NCBI GenBank assembly: GCA_902520495.1
Contig: CABYNW010000003.1
Coordinates: forward strand, 7,645 to 71,644
Direction: 5' to 3'
From: an uncultured SAR86 cluster bacterium
GTDB lineage: Bacteria; Pseudomonadota; Gammaproteobacteria; Magnimaribacterales; D2472
DNA: 64,000 bases
Shown: positions 9,142 through 19,834 of the stretch, piece by piece
How positions within the stretch are numbered: the stretch's first letter is position 1
How the letters are laid out: every line of letters starts with the position of its first letter
The notes under the pieces: model-generated
Databases searched by the model: none
The model's input: only the letters and a program-made list of their open reading frames with translations
What the model was told of the DNA's origin: nothing
Made by a program: the position numbers and the translations under genes

Positions 9142-11466
9142 ATGAAATTTACTATGTTATTAAGGGCATCGTTTGCTTCCATTCTATTATTTTCTATTAC
9201 AAATAACATTTCAGCTCAAGAAGGAGAATTGGTATTTGAGGAAGTTATTGTTACTGCTGAAAAAAGAGATGAAAGCCTTCAGACTGTTTCACAAGCTGTT
9301 ACTGCTATTACTGATTCAGAGATTGAAGCAAAAAATATTAATTCTTTTGTTGATTTATCAAGCATTGTACCTGGTGTAACAGTTGCTAAAAACGAAGGAT
9401 ATAAAACAGTTATTTCTATCAGAGGTGTTGGTAATGAGACAAACCAAAATGCTATTGCAGCACCTTCTGTTGCATATCATATGGATGGCATCTTTATTGC
9501 CTCTCCGTTTTCATTGCAAACAGACTTTTTAGATGTTCAAAGAATTGAAGTATTAAGAGGTCCTCAAGGAACTCTCTTTGGTCAAAACTCAACTGGTGGA
9601 GCTATCAATGTTATTAGCAACAAGCCCTCTATGGATGAAAGTTTTTCCAAAGCAGATGTTACTGTTGGTAATTATGGTTTACAAAAAGTTCGTGCAATAA
9701 CAAATATTCCATTATCAGATAATGTTTCTACAAAATTTTCTTTTGTTATGACTGAAAGAGATGGTTTTTCAAAAAATATTTTCACAGGACAAGATTTGGA
9801 TGATGCGTCAAACATTAGCATTAGAAGTGACTGGATGATTGAGCTAAATGATACATCTTCATTGAGAATATTTGGGCAGTATTTTGATGTAGATAGAAAC
9901 GGCGCAGCTATAAGAGGAATAGATGATCAGTCACCAGGAATGCGAAAATTGTCTCAAAATACAATTTCTAATCAAGAGCTTACTTCTTCTGTGATTGCAA
10001 TGATTTTTGAATCAGATTTAGGATTTGCAAATCTAAAAATTTTAGCAAGCTCACAAGATGATGATATGTCAGTAACTAGAGATAATGACCGTCATAATTT
10101 TGGAGATCTCGTATTATCTATTCCAGGTTTAGGGTCAGGTTCTACTTATCAGCAGGCAGAATTCCGTCCTGAGACCTCAGTTGTTGAAACGAAAACTTTT
10201 GAAATTAACCTTATTTCAAATGAACCCTTGATGGATGGGAAGCTCGACTGGACTGTGGGAGCCTTTTATATGGAACATGAAATAGAAAATGTGATAAGAG
10301 GTTACAGAGATGATGATCTTGACGGAGTATTTAAATATGTCTGTGATGCATCTTTTGCTGATCCGAATTATTGTTATCAGCATGATTATGGTATACCAGG
10401 CAGATTTGATATTTTTGGTCCAGGTGCTGATGTTGACTTTTTTACAGATGCTTTTCCATATAGAGAATCTTTTTCAGTTTATGCTCAAACTACCTATAGT
10501 TTTAGTGATACTTTTAGGCTTGTTACTGGATTAAGATACTCCGAAGATACTTTTGGAACAGATGTTACAAACTTTCTAAATACTGAAAGCTTTCAAGCAG
10601 AAGGTACGACAGATGAAACTACCACAAGAATCACTGGTGAGTATGACTTAGCTGAAGCAACAATGGTTTATTTAACATTTGCTAGTGGGTTTAAACCTGG
10701 CGGAAGTAACTTAACCTTTGGTTTTGACAATGATAATGCTCCCCCAATGGTTTTTCCTACGTTTGAAGCAGAAACTGTTGATTCCGTTGAATTTGGATTA
10801 AAAACTGATTTACTTGATGGAAGAGCAAGAGCAAATATTGCTGCTTTTTCATATGATTATGAGAACTTACAATTTCAAGCTACTGATCCAGACCCCTATA
10901 GAGGAGGCGTAGCAAATATACCTGATTCAGAAATGTCTGGTATTGAAATAGAATTTACTGGATTAGTAACTGATTCATTTACGGTTGATATGAATTTCTC
11001 TTTCCTTGATTCAGAAGTTACATCAGATTATGACGTACTTGATAATGTTGATGCTTATCAGTATTTCTTTGGTCAAGAAGATTTAAGATATGGACTTAGA
11101 GAAAATGTTAAAGGTAATAAACTTGCAAAGACTCCTGAATTTACAGCTGATGTAAATTTCACATATGAAACAGATTTATCATCTGGAAACTTGCTAACGG
11201 CTGTTGTGCAATATGTTAAAAGGGGAGAACTTGAACAACGTGTTTCAAATAATCCTATTGTAGATTCAATAGGGGCATATGCAGTTGTAAACCTTACCCT
11301 GGGAATTGATTTTACAAATGATATGGGATTAGACTTTATGATTCTTAATGCAACTGATAAGGATGGCGTAAATTCGAGTATGACAGATGTCTTTGGTGTA
11401 GCTGCTACAGGCCTTGAGCTAATACCACCAAGACAATTTATGACAAGAATTAGTTATAACTTCTGA
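9142..11466 (+). CDS. TonB-dependent outer-membrane receptor (purine locus)
   Basis: Signal peptide, TonB box-like EEVIVTA, plug motif RIEVLRGPQGTLFGQNSTGGAIN, C-terminal ...RISYNF; GAGG RBS. Confidence 0.95.
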   Translation: MKFTMLLRASFASILLFSITNNISAQEGELVFEEVIVTAEKRDESLQTVSQAVTAITDSEIEAKNINSFVDLSSIVPGVTVAKNEGYKTVISIRGVGNETNQNAIAAPSVAYHMDGIFIASPFSLQTDFLDVQRIEVLRGPQGTLFGQNSTGGAINVISNKPSMDESFSKADVTVGNYGLQKVRAITNIPLSDNVSTKFSFVMTERDGFSKNIFTGQDLDDASNISIRSDWMIELNDTSSLRIFGQYFDVDRNGAAIRGIDDQSPGMRKLSQNTISNQELTSSVIAMIFESDLGFANLKILASSQDDDMSVTRDNDRHNFGDLVLSIPGLGSGSTYQQAEFRPETSVVETKTFEINLISNEPLMDGKLDWTVGAFYMEHEIENVIRGYRDDDLDGVFKYVCDASFADPNYCYQHDYGIPGRFDIFGPGADVDFFTDAFPYRESFSVYAQTTYSFSDTFRLVTGLRYSEDTFGTDVTNFLNTESFQAEGTTDETTTRITGEYDLAEATMVYLTFASGFKPGGSNLTFGFDNDNAPPMVFPTFEAETVDSVEFGLKTDLLDGRARANIAAFSYDYENLQFQATDPDPYRGGVANIPDSEMSGIEIEFTGLVTDSFTVDMNFSFLDSEVTSDYDVLDNVDAYQYFFGQEDLRYGLRENVKGNKLAKTPEFTADVNFTYETDLSSGNLLTAVVQYVKRGELEQRVSNNPIVDSIGAYAVVNLTLGIDFTNDMGLDFMILNATDKDGVNSSMTDVFGVAATGLELIPPRQFMTRISYNF

Positions 11467-11498
11467 TTTCTTTTATTCTTAAAGTTATAATTCACTCA

Positions 11499-11517
11499 AA
11501 GGGCCATATAGGCCCTT
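11499..11517 (+). terminator. GC-rich hairpin after TonB receptor (weak terminator or mRNA-stabilising stem)
   Basis: AAGGGCC-ATATA-GGCCCTT; no clear U-tract. Confidence 0.5.
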
Positions 11518-11526
11518 AGAGAAAAT

Positions 11527-12090
11527 ATGAAAAAACTATTTATTCAATCGGAATGTTTACTAAAAGATTCATCTCAGCTTGCATGGAATGTTTATGAATC
11601 GGGATTTGAACCAAACTACATAATAGGTGTATGGAGAGGCGGTGCCCCAATTGGAATCGCTGTTCAAGAGTTCTTAAGTTTTCTTGGCTTAAAGTCTGAC
11701 CATGTTGCTGTTAGAACTTCCTATTATTCCGGTATGGATAGTAGAAAAGATAGCGTACAAGTTTATGGATTAAACTATGTTATTAGACAGCTTGAATCTG
11801 AAGATAGGCTCTTAATTGTCGATGATGTGCATGATACTGGTAATTCAATTGCTCAAATTATTAACGATATAACATTGGCTTGTAAAAAAAATACACCTGA
11901 AATCAAAGTTGCCACTCCATATTACAAACCAAATAAGAGTCAAACTGGAAGAAAGCCAGATTTTTATATTCATGAAACTGATCAGTGGCTTGTATTTCCT
12001 CATGAGCTTGAAGGACTTACTTTAGATGAAATAAAAGCTAATAAACCCCAATTGACTGATTTAATTTCTAAGATAAAAGATAAAATTTAG
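11527..12090 (+). CDS. Type I phosphoribosyltransferase, probable hypoxanthine/xanthine/guanine PRT
   Basis: GVWRGG and PRPP-binding LLIVDDVHDTG motif, WLVFPHE C-terminal motif; purine gene context. Confidence 0.85.
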   Translation: MKKLFIQSECLLKDSSQLAWNVYESGFEPNYIIGVWRGGAPIGIAVQEFLSFLGLKSDHVAVRTSYYSGMDSRKDSVQVYGLNYVIRQLESEDRLLIVDDVHDTGNSIAQIINDITLACKKNTPEIKVATPYYKPNKSQTGRKPDFYIHETDQWLVFPHELEGLTLDEIKANKPQLTDLISKIKDKI

Positions 12091-12146
12091 ACATCAGATA
12101 AAATTCTCAGCCTTTTTTTTCTTTTTTCCTTTGGTTATAATCTGAC

Positions 12147-13610
12147 ATGGAAAAATTAAAATATAAAGCACTAACTTTCGACGATGTGTTGCTTCTTCCA
12201 AAGTATAGCGATTTTCTCCCAAGCGAAGCTTGCATCGAATCTAAACTAACAAAAAACATTACTCTTAAGACTCCGCTCTTATCTGCGGCAATGGATACTG
12301 TAACTGAATCGAAAATGGCTATCTCTCTAGCAGAAGCTGGTGGCATAGGCATAATTCATAAGAATAACTCAATTGAAGATCAGGCAGCCCAAGTTAAAGC
12401 TGTTAAAAAGTATGAAAGCGGTATTGTTAGAGACCCAGTAACTATAGCCTCTAATAAGTCTATAGGCGAACTGAGACAACTGACTAATGAGTTAAGTATT
12501 TCTGGAATGCCTGTAGTTGATGATGGAAAACTGCAAGGAATAGTCACAAGTAGAGATTTTAGATATGCAGAAAATATGGATGCTAATGTTTCATCAATAA
12601 TGACACCTTTTGAAAAATTAGTAACAGTTGAAGAGGGATTTTCTCAAGAAGATGTAATGAAATTAATGTATAACAACAGAATTGAAAAGATATTAGTTCT
12701 TGATAGTGATAATAATTTATCTGGATTGGTGACTATGAAAGATATTGAGAAATCTGCACAGCATCCTAATGCTACAAAGGATTCTTCAGGAAGACTTCAG
12801 GTTGGAGCTGCTATTGGTACTGGAGAAGATACTCTTGATAGAGCAGAGGCTTTAGTTGAAGCTGGTGTTGACGTGTTTGTTATTGATAGTGCTCATGGCC
12901 ATTCTTTAAATGTTATTAATACTATTAAAGCAATAAAAGATAAATTTAAAGATATTGATATTATTGGTGGAAATATTGCTACAGCAGAAGCAGCAACAGA
13001 GCTTGTAAAAGCAGGTGCTGATGCTGTAAAAGTTGGCATGGGTCCTGGCTCTATATGTACTACAAGAATTATAGCTGGTATAGGAGTGCCTCAAATTAGT
13101 GCAATTTTAGAAATAAAGAAAGCTCTCGTTGGAGGAGATATTAATATTATTGCAGATGGTGGAATTAGATTTTCAGGAGATATAGCTAAAGCTATTGCAG
13201 CGGGTGCTGATTCAGTAATGCTTGGCAGTCTTTTTGCAGGAACTGAAGAAGCTCCAGGAAAAGTAGAGCTTTTTCAAGGGAGAAGCTTTAAAACATACAG
13301 AGGAATGGGCTCTATTGGAGCTATGACAGAAAGAGATGATGCAAATAGATATTTACAGGAAGATGTTGAGACAGATAAATTAGTACCTGAGGGAATAGAG
13401 GGAAGAGTTCCTTATAAAGGCTTGGTAATTAATGTTATTAATCAATTAGTTGGTGGAGTAAGGCAAAGTATGGGCTACATTGGCTGTAAAAATGTTAAAG
13501 ATATGCAAAATAACAGTCAATTTGTGGAGATTACAAATGCTGGCATGGCTGAAAGTCATGTTCATGACGTAATGATTACAAAAGAAGCTCCAAATTATCA
13601 AAGAAGTTAA
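12147..13610 (+). CDS. guaB: IMP dehydrogenase
   Basis: [23 protein letters not shown] pair, GPGSICTTR catalytic Cys, YRGMGS, VPEGIEG. Confidence 0.98.
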   Translation: MEKLKYKALTFDDVLLLPKYSDFLPSEACIESKLTKNITLKTPLLSAAMDTVTESKMAISLAEAGGIGIIHKNNSIEDQAAQVKAVKKYESGIVRDPVTIASNKSIGELRQLTNELSISGMPVVDDGKLQGIVTSRDFRYAENMDANVSSIMTPFEKLVTVEEGFSQEDVMKLMYNNRIEKILVLDSDNNLSGLVTMKDIEKSAQHPNATKDSSGRLQVGAAIGTGEDTLDRAEALVEAGVDVFVIDSAHGHSLNVINTIKAIKDKFKDIDIIGGNIATAEAATELVKAGADAVKVGMGPGSICTTRIIAGIGVPQISAILEIKKALVGGDINIIADGGIRFSGDIAKAIAAGADSVMLGSLFAGTEEAPGKVELFQGRSFKTYRGMGSIGAMTERDDANRYLQEDVETDKLVPEGIEGRVPYKGLVINVINQLVGGVRQSMGYIGCKNVKDMQNNSQFVEITNAGMAESHVHDVMITKEAPNYQRS

Positions 13611-13614
13611 TTCA

Positions 13615-15180
13615 ATGAGTAAGCTATCTATTAGCAATAAAAAAATTGATACTATTTTGGTATTAGATTTTGGTTCTCAATATACGCAATTAATTGCAAG
13701 AAGAATAAGAGAAAGTGACGTTTATTCTGAAATTTTGCCTTGGGACATAGATGAATCAAGAATTACTAAACTTAACCCCAAAGGAATAATTCTCTCTGGA
13801 GGACCTAATTCAGTAACAGAAACCTTCACACCTAGAGTTCCTCAGTTTGTTTTTGATTTAGGAATACCTATCCTTGGTATCTGTTATGGGATGCAAACTC
13901 TTGCAGAACAAATGGGTGGTCATGTTATATCTGCTGATCAAAAAGAATTTGGCCACTCTGAATTAGAAGTTGTAAGCGATTCTGTAATATTTAAAAACTT
14001 AGGTAAAAAAATTAATGTTTGGATGAGTCATGGAGATCAAGTCCAAGATTTGCCAGATGAATTCAACTTAATTGCATTAACTAATACAGCTCCCATTGCA
14101 GCAATGGAGCATAAAAGTCTAGCAATTTACGCTATACAATTTCATCCAGAAGTAACTCATACAGAACATGGACAAAAAATTTTAGACAATTTTATTTTTG
14201 ATATTTGCAATGCAAATACTGATTGGAAAATGGACGATTTAATTTCACAAAGAATAGAAGAAATTAAGGCTCAAGTTCAAGACAGCAAAGTCTTATTAGG
14301 TTTATCTGGGGGTGTGGATTCTTCAGTAACAGCTGCGCTTCTTCATAAAGCAATTGGTAAAAAATTAACATGTGTTTTTGTAGATAACGGTTTGCTTAGA
14401 AAGGGCGAAGCAGATCAAGTAATGCAAACCTTTAAAGAAAATATGAATCTAAATGTTATTAAATCCGATAGTGAGGAAGTTTTTTTAAGACATTTAAAAG
14501 ATATAGACGATCCAGAACAAAAAAGAAAAGTTATCGGCAGAACCTTTATCGATGTTTTTGATGCTGAGGCAATTAAACTTAAAGATATCAATTTTTTAGC
14601 ACAGGGAACAATATACCCAGATGTAATTGAATCATCTGGCTCAGAATCAGAAGAAGCAAGAGTAATAAAGTCTCATCACAACGTAGGAGGGCTTCCTGAA
14701 GAGATGAAATTAGATTTAGTTGAACCTATTAGAGATCTTTTTAAGGATGAAGTTAGAAGAATGGGTGTAGAGCTTGGAATATCTAAAGAAATGTTAGAAA
14801 GGCATCCATTTCCTGGCCCAGGTTTAGGCGTAAGAATTATTGGTGAAATTACAAAAGAAAAAACAAAAATTCTCCAAGAAGCAGATCATATCTTTATAGA
14901 AGAACTTATCAAAGCAGATTTATACGATAAAGTTAGCCAAGCATTTGCGGTTTTACTTCCAGTTAAGTCAGTTGGTGTTGTTGGCGATGAAAGAAGATAT
15001 GCAGAGGTTATTGCTCTTAGAGCTGTTGAAACAGTAGATTTTATGACAGCAAGATGGGCACATTTGCCATATGAATTTCTTGAACATGTTTCAAACCGTA
15101 TTGTTAATGAAATAGAGCAAGTTAGTAGAGTTGTTTATGATATTTCAAGTAAACCACCTGCAACTATTGAGTGGGAGTGA
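13615..15180 (+). CDS. guaA: GMP synthase (glutamine-hydrolysing)
   Basis: [51 protein letters not shown]. Confidence 0.98.
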   Translation: MSKLSISNKKIDTILVLDFGSQYTQLIARRIRESDVYSEILPWDIDESRITKLNPKGIILSGGPNSVTETFTPRVPQFVFDLGIPILGICYGMQTLAEQMGGHVISADQKEFGHSELEVVSDSVIFKNLGKKINVWMSHGDQVQDLPDEFNLIALTNTAPIAAMEHKSLAIYAIQFHPEVTHTEHGQKILDNFIFDICNANTDWKMDDLISQRIEEIKAQVQDSKVLLGLSGGVDSSVTAALLHKAIGKKLTCVFVDNGLLRKGEADQVMQTFKENMNLNVIKSDSEEVFLRHLKDIDDPEQKRKVIGRTFIDVFDAEAIKLKDINFLAQGTIYPDVIESSGSESEEARVIKSHHNVGGLPEEMKLDLVEPIRDLFKDEVRRMGVELGISKEMLERHPFPGPGLGVRIIGEITKEKTKILQEADHIFIEELIKADLYDKVSQAFAVLLPVKSVGVVGDERRYAEVIALRAVETVDFMTARWAHLPYEFLEHVSNRIVNEIEQVSRVVYDISSKPPATIEWE

Positions 15181-15192
15181 AAAATATCCCTG

Positions 15193-15215
15193 AAACCCTT
15201 ATTCTTATAGGGTTT
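15193..15215 (+). terminator. Hairpin after guaA (possible terminator)
   Basis: AAACCCT-N9-AGGGTTT followed by TCGTTT. Confidence 0.45.
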
Positions 15216-15217
15216 TC

Positions 15218-15238
15218 GTTTGACAAAGTTTGTCAAAC
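15218..15238. repeat. Perfect 21-bp palindrome downstream of guaA
   Basis: GTTTGACAAA-G-TTTGTCAAAC; related half-site TTTGACGAA at 15268-15276. Confidence 0.8.
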
Positions 15239-15334
15239 TTAACAAAAAGCACTACCTTTTTTAAAACTTTGACGAATTCCTGCAATTATTAGTTAAAAGA
15301 TAATTATTTATGATGTTAAAGGTTACAATAATTA

Positions 15335-17218
15335 ATGGTTTACAGAGCAGAAATAGATGGTTTAAGGGCATTAGCAGTTATACCAGTAATCTTATTTCAT
15401 GCTGGGTTTGACTGGTATAGTGGTGGCTTTGTAGGTGTAGATGTTTTCTTTGTGATCAGTGGTTATTTGATTACAACCATTATTATCTCTGAGATGGCTG
15501 AGGATAAATTTAGTATCGTAAATTTTTATGAACGTCGCGCCCGCAGGATTCTTCCAGCCCTATTTTTTGTAATGGCTGCTTGTTTGCCGTTTGCTTGGTT
15601 GTTGCTAGCACCAAGTGAACTAAAAGATTTTGGACAGAGTTTGGTTGCGGTATCGACGTTTTCTTCCAATATTCTTTTTTGGACAGAAAGCGGTTATTTT
15701 AGTGCTAATTCTGAATTAAAACCATTAATTCATACTTGGAGTTTGGCTGTTGAAGAGCAGTACTACATAATTTTCCCTATTTTTCTTATGTTCACTTGGC
15801 GACTAGGCATCAAGTGGATCTTAATCCTACTATCGATATTCTTTTTTGTTAGTTTAGGAGTTGCTCAATGGGGCGCTTTTAATATGCCCGATGCTTCATT
15901 CTTTCTGCTACCAACAAGAGGTTGGGAATTACTTGTTGGCGTCTTTGCTGCCTTCTATCTCAAGTACAACACACACCTAAAATCTCAGTCTTTAAATCAA
16001 GTATTAAGTCTGATTGGCTTTGGAATGATTGTTTATTCAATTATCGCTTTTGATAAAACAACTCCTTTCCCAAGCTTATATGCTTTGATTCCAACTATTG
16101 GAACAGGTTTGTTGATTTTGTGCGCTGTTCCAAAAACGTTTATTCATATGATACTCAGTCTAAAACCAATTGTTGGTGTAGGACTAATTTCCTACAGCGC
16201 TTATTTATGGCACCAACCTTTATTAGCATTTGCCAGGCATAGTGCTATGGGAGAGGTTTCTGATATTATTTTGATTTCTTTGTGTAGCGCCTCATTAATG
16301 TTGGCATGGTTTAGTTGGCGTTATGTTGAAAAGCCTTTTAGGAGTAAAGGCAAAGTCTCGTTTCGGCGTTTATTTACTTCTTGTGGCTTGACTTTGTCTC
16401 TCTTTATAGGACTAGGCTTATATATTCATGTCAAAGATGGTTTTAAAACTAGGATTAATTCAGATGTTGATTTGGCAACAATTATGCCCTCTCCATTACG
16501 TAATGAATGTCATACCAAAGACCTGCCTTGTAAGTATTTTAAAGAGAGGATTGAGTGGGCGACTTTTGGTGACTCTCATGTTGTAGAGCTTACATATGCG
16601 CTTGCCAATAATCTAAGTAAATATGATGTTGGAGTTGAGCACAACAGCTATACCGGCTGTCAGCCATCTATTTCCAATACTCTCTCTAAATGCCATATTT
16701 GGGAAAAACAAACATTGGAGAGATTGGTGGAATCACAAACGATTAAAAATATTGTTGTTTCATATAGACTGGCAAATTATCTGTTTGGAGAATCAGAAGG
16801 TGTATATCCCAGTTTGCCGTTCGAGGGCACAGATAAAGATAGAGAATCCATATGGAATGACCTTATTACAATCTTTACAAAATTATCTGAAAGCGGAAAG
16901 AAGGTTTATTTTGTAGTTCAAGTACCTGAGTTGCCGGATAATGTAGAGAGTCTCGCTTTTCATAACAATCTTGAAACAAACATTAGACTTAAAGGTGTTA
17001 CTAGGGCATGGTGGGATCAACGGAATATGTTTGTTTCTGAGCGGTTAGGGAACTTGCCTAAAAATGTCATAATCGTTGATACTACAGACCTATTTTGTGA
17101 TCCTAATTGGTGCTATGCGAGCAATTCTGATGGCTTTCTATATATTGATGATCACCATTTATCAGTTTATGGCGCGACCACAATTATAGAAGAGTTTTTG
17201 AGAGAAACAATTGACTAA
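15335..17218 (+). CDS. OafA/OatA-type acyltransferase-3 with C-terminal SGNH domain (surface glycan O-acetylation)
   Basis: YRAEIDGLRALAV, GFVGVDVFFVISG, RRARRILP, HTWSLAVEEQYY, SYSAYLWH; SGNH motifs GDSH and DDHHLS. Confidence 0.92.
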   Translation: MVYRAEIDGLRALAVIPVILFHAGFDWYSGGFVGVDVFFVISGYLITTIIISEMAEDKFSIVNFYERRARRILPALFFVMAACLPFAWLLLAPSELKDFGQSLVAVSTFSSNILFWTESGYFSANSELKPLIHTWSLAVEEQYYIIFPIFLMFTWRLGIKWILILLSIFFFVSLGVAQWGAFNMPDASFFLLPTRGWELLVGVFAAFYLKYNTHLKSQSLNQVLSLIGFGMIVYSIIAFDKTTPFPSLYALIPTIGTGLLILCAVPKTFIHMILSLKPIVGVGLISYSAYLWHQPLLAFARHSAMGEVSDIILISLCSASLMLAWFSWRYVEKPFRSKGKVSFRRLFTSCGLTLSLFIGLGLYIHVKDGFKTRINSDVDLATIMPSPLRNECHTKDLPCKYFKERIEWATFGDSHVVELTYALANNLSKYDVGVEHNSYTGCQPSISNTLSKCHIWEKQTLERLVESQTIKNIVVSYRLANYLFGESEGVYPSLPFEGTDKDRESIWNDLITIFTKLSESGKKVYFVVQVPELPDNVESLAFHNNLETNIRLKGVTRAWWDQRNMFVSERLGNLPKNVIIVDTTDLFCDPNWCYASNSDGFLYIDDHHLSVYGATTIIEEFLRETID

Positions 17219-17612
17219 AAAAAGTAAAACTGATTTAAAAGAAATATTAAAACATGTAAACACTATCGCTATTGTAGGAGCAAGCTCGAATCCTGAAAGA
17301 GATAGTTATAAGGTTATGAAGTTCTTGATAGATTATGGTTATAAAGTTTTCCCAGTTAATCCAAAAGAAAATGATATCTTAGGAAGAAAATGTTATTCAA
17401 ACTTAAAGGCAATTGAAAAAAAGATTGATATGGTAGACATTTTTCGTGCCAATGAATTTATATATGATCTTGCTAAAGAGGCAATAGAAATTAATGCAAA
17501 TATTATTTGGACACAAGAGGGCATAGTCAATGAAAAAGCTGCATCTTTAGGAGAAAAAAATGGTCTTCAAGTCGTAATGGATGAATGCCCCAAGAAGATT
17601 TTAAACTCTTGA
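17211..17612 (+). CDS. CoA-binding protein (YccU-like)
   Basis: IAIVGAS, YKVFPVNP, IDMVDIFR, WTQEGI motifs; TTG start overlapping the upstream stop. Confidence 0.88.
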   Translation: MTKKSKTDLKEILKHVNTIAIVGASSNPERDSYKVMKFLIDYGYKVFPVNPKENDILGRKCYSNLKAIEKKIDMVDIFRANEFIYDLAKEAIEINANIIWTQEGIVNEKAASLGEKNGLQVVMDECPKKILNS

Positions 17613-17650
17613 AATTGGACTAATAATTATATTTATCATTTAATTAAGTT

Positions 17651-18460
17651 ATGAAAGATGATACAAAAAATATTCTTGACCAGGTAGTAGATGAGACAGG
17701 TATACTCAGACTCACACTAGATGATCAGAATAATAAAAATGCTTTGTCAGAATTTATGATGCAGGAACTTATTAATGCAATCGATAATGCCTCTTTAGAT
17801 AATTCAATCAAAGTGGTTGTAATTGCAGCAAAGGGAAATGTTTTTTGTTCTGGACATAATCTTAAAGAAATTACAGATGCAAGAAGCAAAGATGATGAAG
17901 GGGCTTCGTATTTTATGAGTCTATTCAAATTATGTTCATCGTTGATGCAATTAATTGTAAATTGCCCAAAACCTGTTATTGCTGAAGTTAACGGAATTGC
18001 AACAGCAGCTGGCTGCCAGCTTGTTGCAAGCTGTGATTTGGCTATATCTTCTTCTGATGCATCGTTTGCAACTCCAGGAGTTAATATTGGTCTTTTTTGC
18101 TCAACTCCTATGGTTGCTTTATCAAGAAATGTTAATAAAAAAGATGCAATGAAAATGCTCTTAACTGGAGATATGGTAGATGCTCCTGAAGCGAAAAGAA
18201 TTTCATTAATTAATGATCACGTTCCTTGTGATCAATTAACAGACTCTGTGATGAAGTTAGCTAAAAAAATTTCTAAAAAGTCACAAAAGACATTACAAAC
18301 CGGTAAAGAAGGGTTCTATAAACAATATGAGATGAGTTTATCTGATGCATATGAATATACATCAAAAGTAATGACTGAAAACACTTTGCGAGATGATGCA
18401 AAGGAAGGTATTGATGCTTTTATAGAAAAAAGAGACCCAAATTGGAATAATGACCAATGA
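17651..18460 (+). CDS. Enoyl-CoA hydratase/isomerase family (ECHDC3-like)
   Basis: FCSGHNLKE, ATAAGCQLVASCD, FATPGVNIGLFCSTP, DAKEGIDAFIEKR. Confidence 0.9.
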   Translation: MKDDTKNILDQVVDETGILRLTLDDQNNKNALSEFMMQELINAIDNASLDNSIKVVVIAAKGNVFCSGHNLKEITDARSKDDEGASYFMSLFKLCSSLMQLIVNCPKPVIAEVNGIATAAGCQLVASCDLAISSSDASFATPGVNIGLFCSTPMVALSRNVNKKDAMKMLLTGDMVDAPEAKRISLINDHVPCDQLTDSVMKLAKKISKKSQKTLQTGKEGFYKQYEMSLSDAYEYTSKVMTENTLRDDAKEGIDAFIEKRDPNWNNDQ

Positions 18461-19002
18461 GCAAAGATCCATTAGATCTTAAACAATATATTAGAACAGT
18501 AGATAATTTTCCTATAGAAGGAATTGAATTTAAAGACATTACAAGTCTTATAGAAACACCAAATGCTTTTGTTAAAACATGTGATGAAATTACTAGAATT
18601 TCAAAAGATTTTGGTGCAGATATAGTGGCGAGTATAGAAAGCAGAGGATTTATTTTTGCCGGAACAATAGCTAGAGATTTGCATCTCCCATTTGTTTTAG
18701 CAAGAAAACCTGGAAAGCTTCCTAATGAAACTTTTCAAAAAAGTTTTGATCTTGAGTACGGGAGTACATCCATAGAGATTCAAAAAAATACTAAAGTAGA
18801 GGTGAACCAGAAAATTGTAATTGTTGATGATCTAGTTGCAACTGGCGGAACAGCAATAGCATGCGCAGAATTATTTACTGAAAACTTTGGTGTTAAAAAT
18901 TCAGATATATTGATTTTAGGTATTATCGATTTAACCGCACTAGGGGGAAGTAAATTAATTAGAGAAAGAGATTACAAAATACAAACCCTAATAGATTACT
19001 GA
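18457..19002 (+). CDS. apt: Adenine phosphoribosyltransferase
   Basis: FPIEGIEFKDIT, ESRGF, RKPGKLP, LEYG, IVDDLVATGGT. Confidence 0.94.
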   Translation: MSKDPLDLKQYIRTVDNFPIEGIEFKDITSLIETPNAFVKTCDEITRISKDFGADIVASIESRGFIFAGTIARDLHLPFVLARKPGKLPNETFQKSFDLEYGSTSIEIQKNTKVEVNQKIVIVDDLVATGGTAIACAELFTENFGVKNSDILILGIIDLTALGGSKLIRERDYKIQTLIDY

Positions 19003-19751
19003 TTTCTTTTTGTCATTGATTGCCAAATGTTTATTGCAGACTGAAATTTTAAAAAAGGTTTTGTAATCCTATAGACTATTCCAGGGATGATTTCTGTCTT
19101 CCCGCCTCTTGATGCTTTCTCGGTTTCTTTTACAACTGTTTCAGGAGTAACCCACATCCATTTTGGTATTTTAGATTCTAAATGATCTAAACCAGCTCTT
19201 TTGTGAGCCTCTGTTCTTACATATCCTGGTAAACTTACTGTTACAGTAATCCCTTTATGTTTTAATTCAGCAGAGATTGACTTTCCATATGCATAAACAC
19301 CGGATTTAATACTTGAATATATAGAGGACTTAGGCATTGCTGTAATAGCACCGATACTAGAAATAATTACGATTCTTCCAGAGCCTTTATCAATCATTTT
19401 GGGAACAAATCCTTCAATTAGGTCAATTACGCCACCACACATTAAGTAATATGCATCATTCTTCTCTCTTTCATTTAGTTGTCCTATAGCTCCATTTATA
19501 GCTATACCTGCATTAGCGATAATCAAATCTGGAGTTTTAAAGTTAGCAACAATGTCAGCAATCGATTCTTTTTTTGATAAGTCAACATTATGGAACTCTG
19601 CATTTTGGTAATTTAGAATCAACTCAGACTTTTGAGATTTGTCTTTGTTTTTAGATACAAGATCTAATTTCCAACCTTCATTCATAAGATATTTTGAATA
19701 GGCAAAACCTATTCCAGATGAGGAACCAGTAACCAGAGCTCTTTTAGCCAT
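18996..19751 (-). CDS. Short-chain dehydrogenase/reductase
   Basis: TGSSSGIG, ANAG, ISS, YSSIK catalytic YxxxK, PGYVRT. Confidence 0.9.
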   Translation of the reverse strand: MAKRALVTGSSSGIGFAYSKYLMNEGWKLDLVSKNKDKSQKSELILNYQNAEFHNVDLSKKESIADIVANFKTPDLIIANAGIAINGAIGQLNEREKNDAYYLMCGGVIDLIEGFVPKMIDKGSGRIVIISSIGAITAMPKSSIYSSIKSGVYAYGKSISAELKHKGITVTVSLPGYVRTEAHKRAGLDHLESKIPKWMWVTPETVVKETEKASRGGKTEIIPGIVYRITKPFLKFQSAINIWQSMTKRNQ

Positions 19752-19834
19752 AATTTATCTTATATCACCAATATAATTTGTTTCAATATTATTCAAGCAT
19801 AACTTGAATCATATTTCTTTGATATGATTAAAAT

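Noticed and set aside
19791-19829. Two adjacent inverted repeats ATTCAAG/CTTGAAT and AATCATAT/ATATGATT upstream of nagZ
   Set aside because: Short and AT-rich, plausible by chance; no second occurrence noticed
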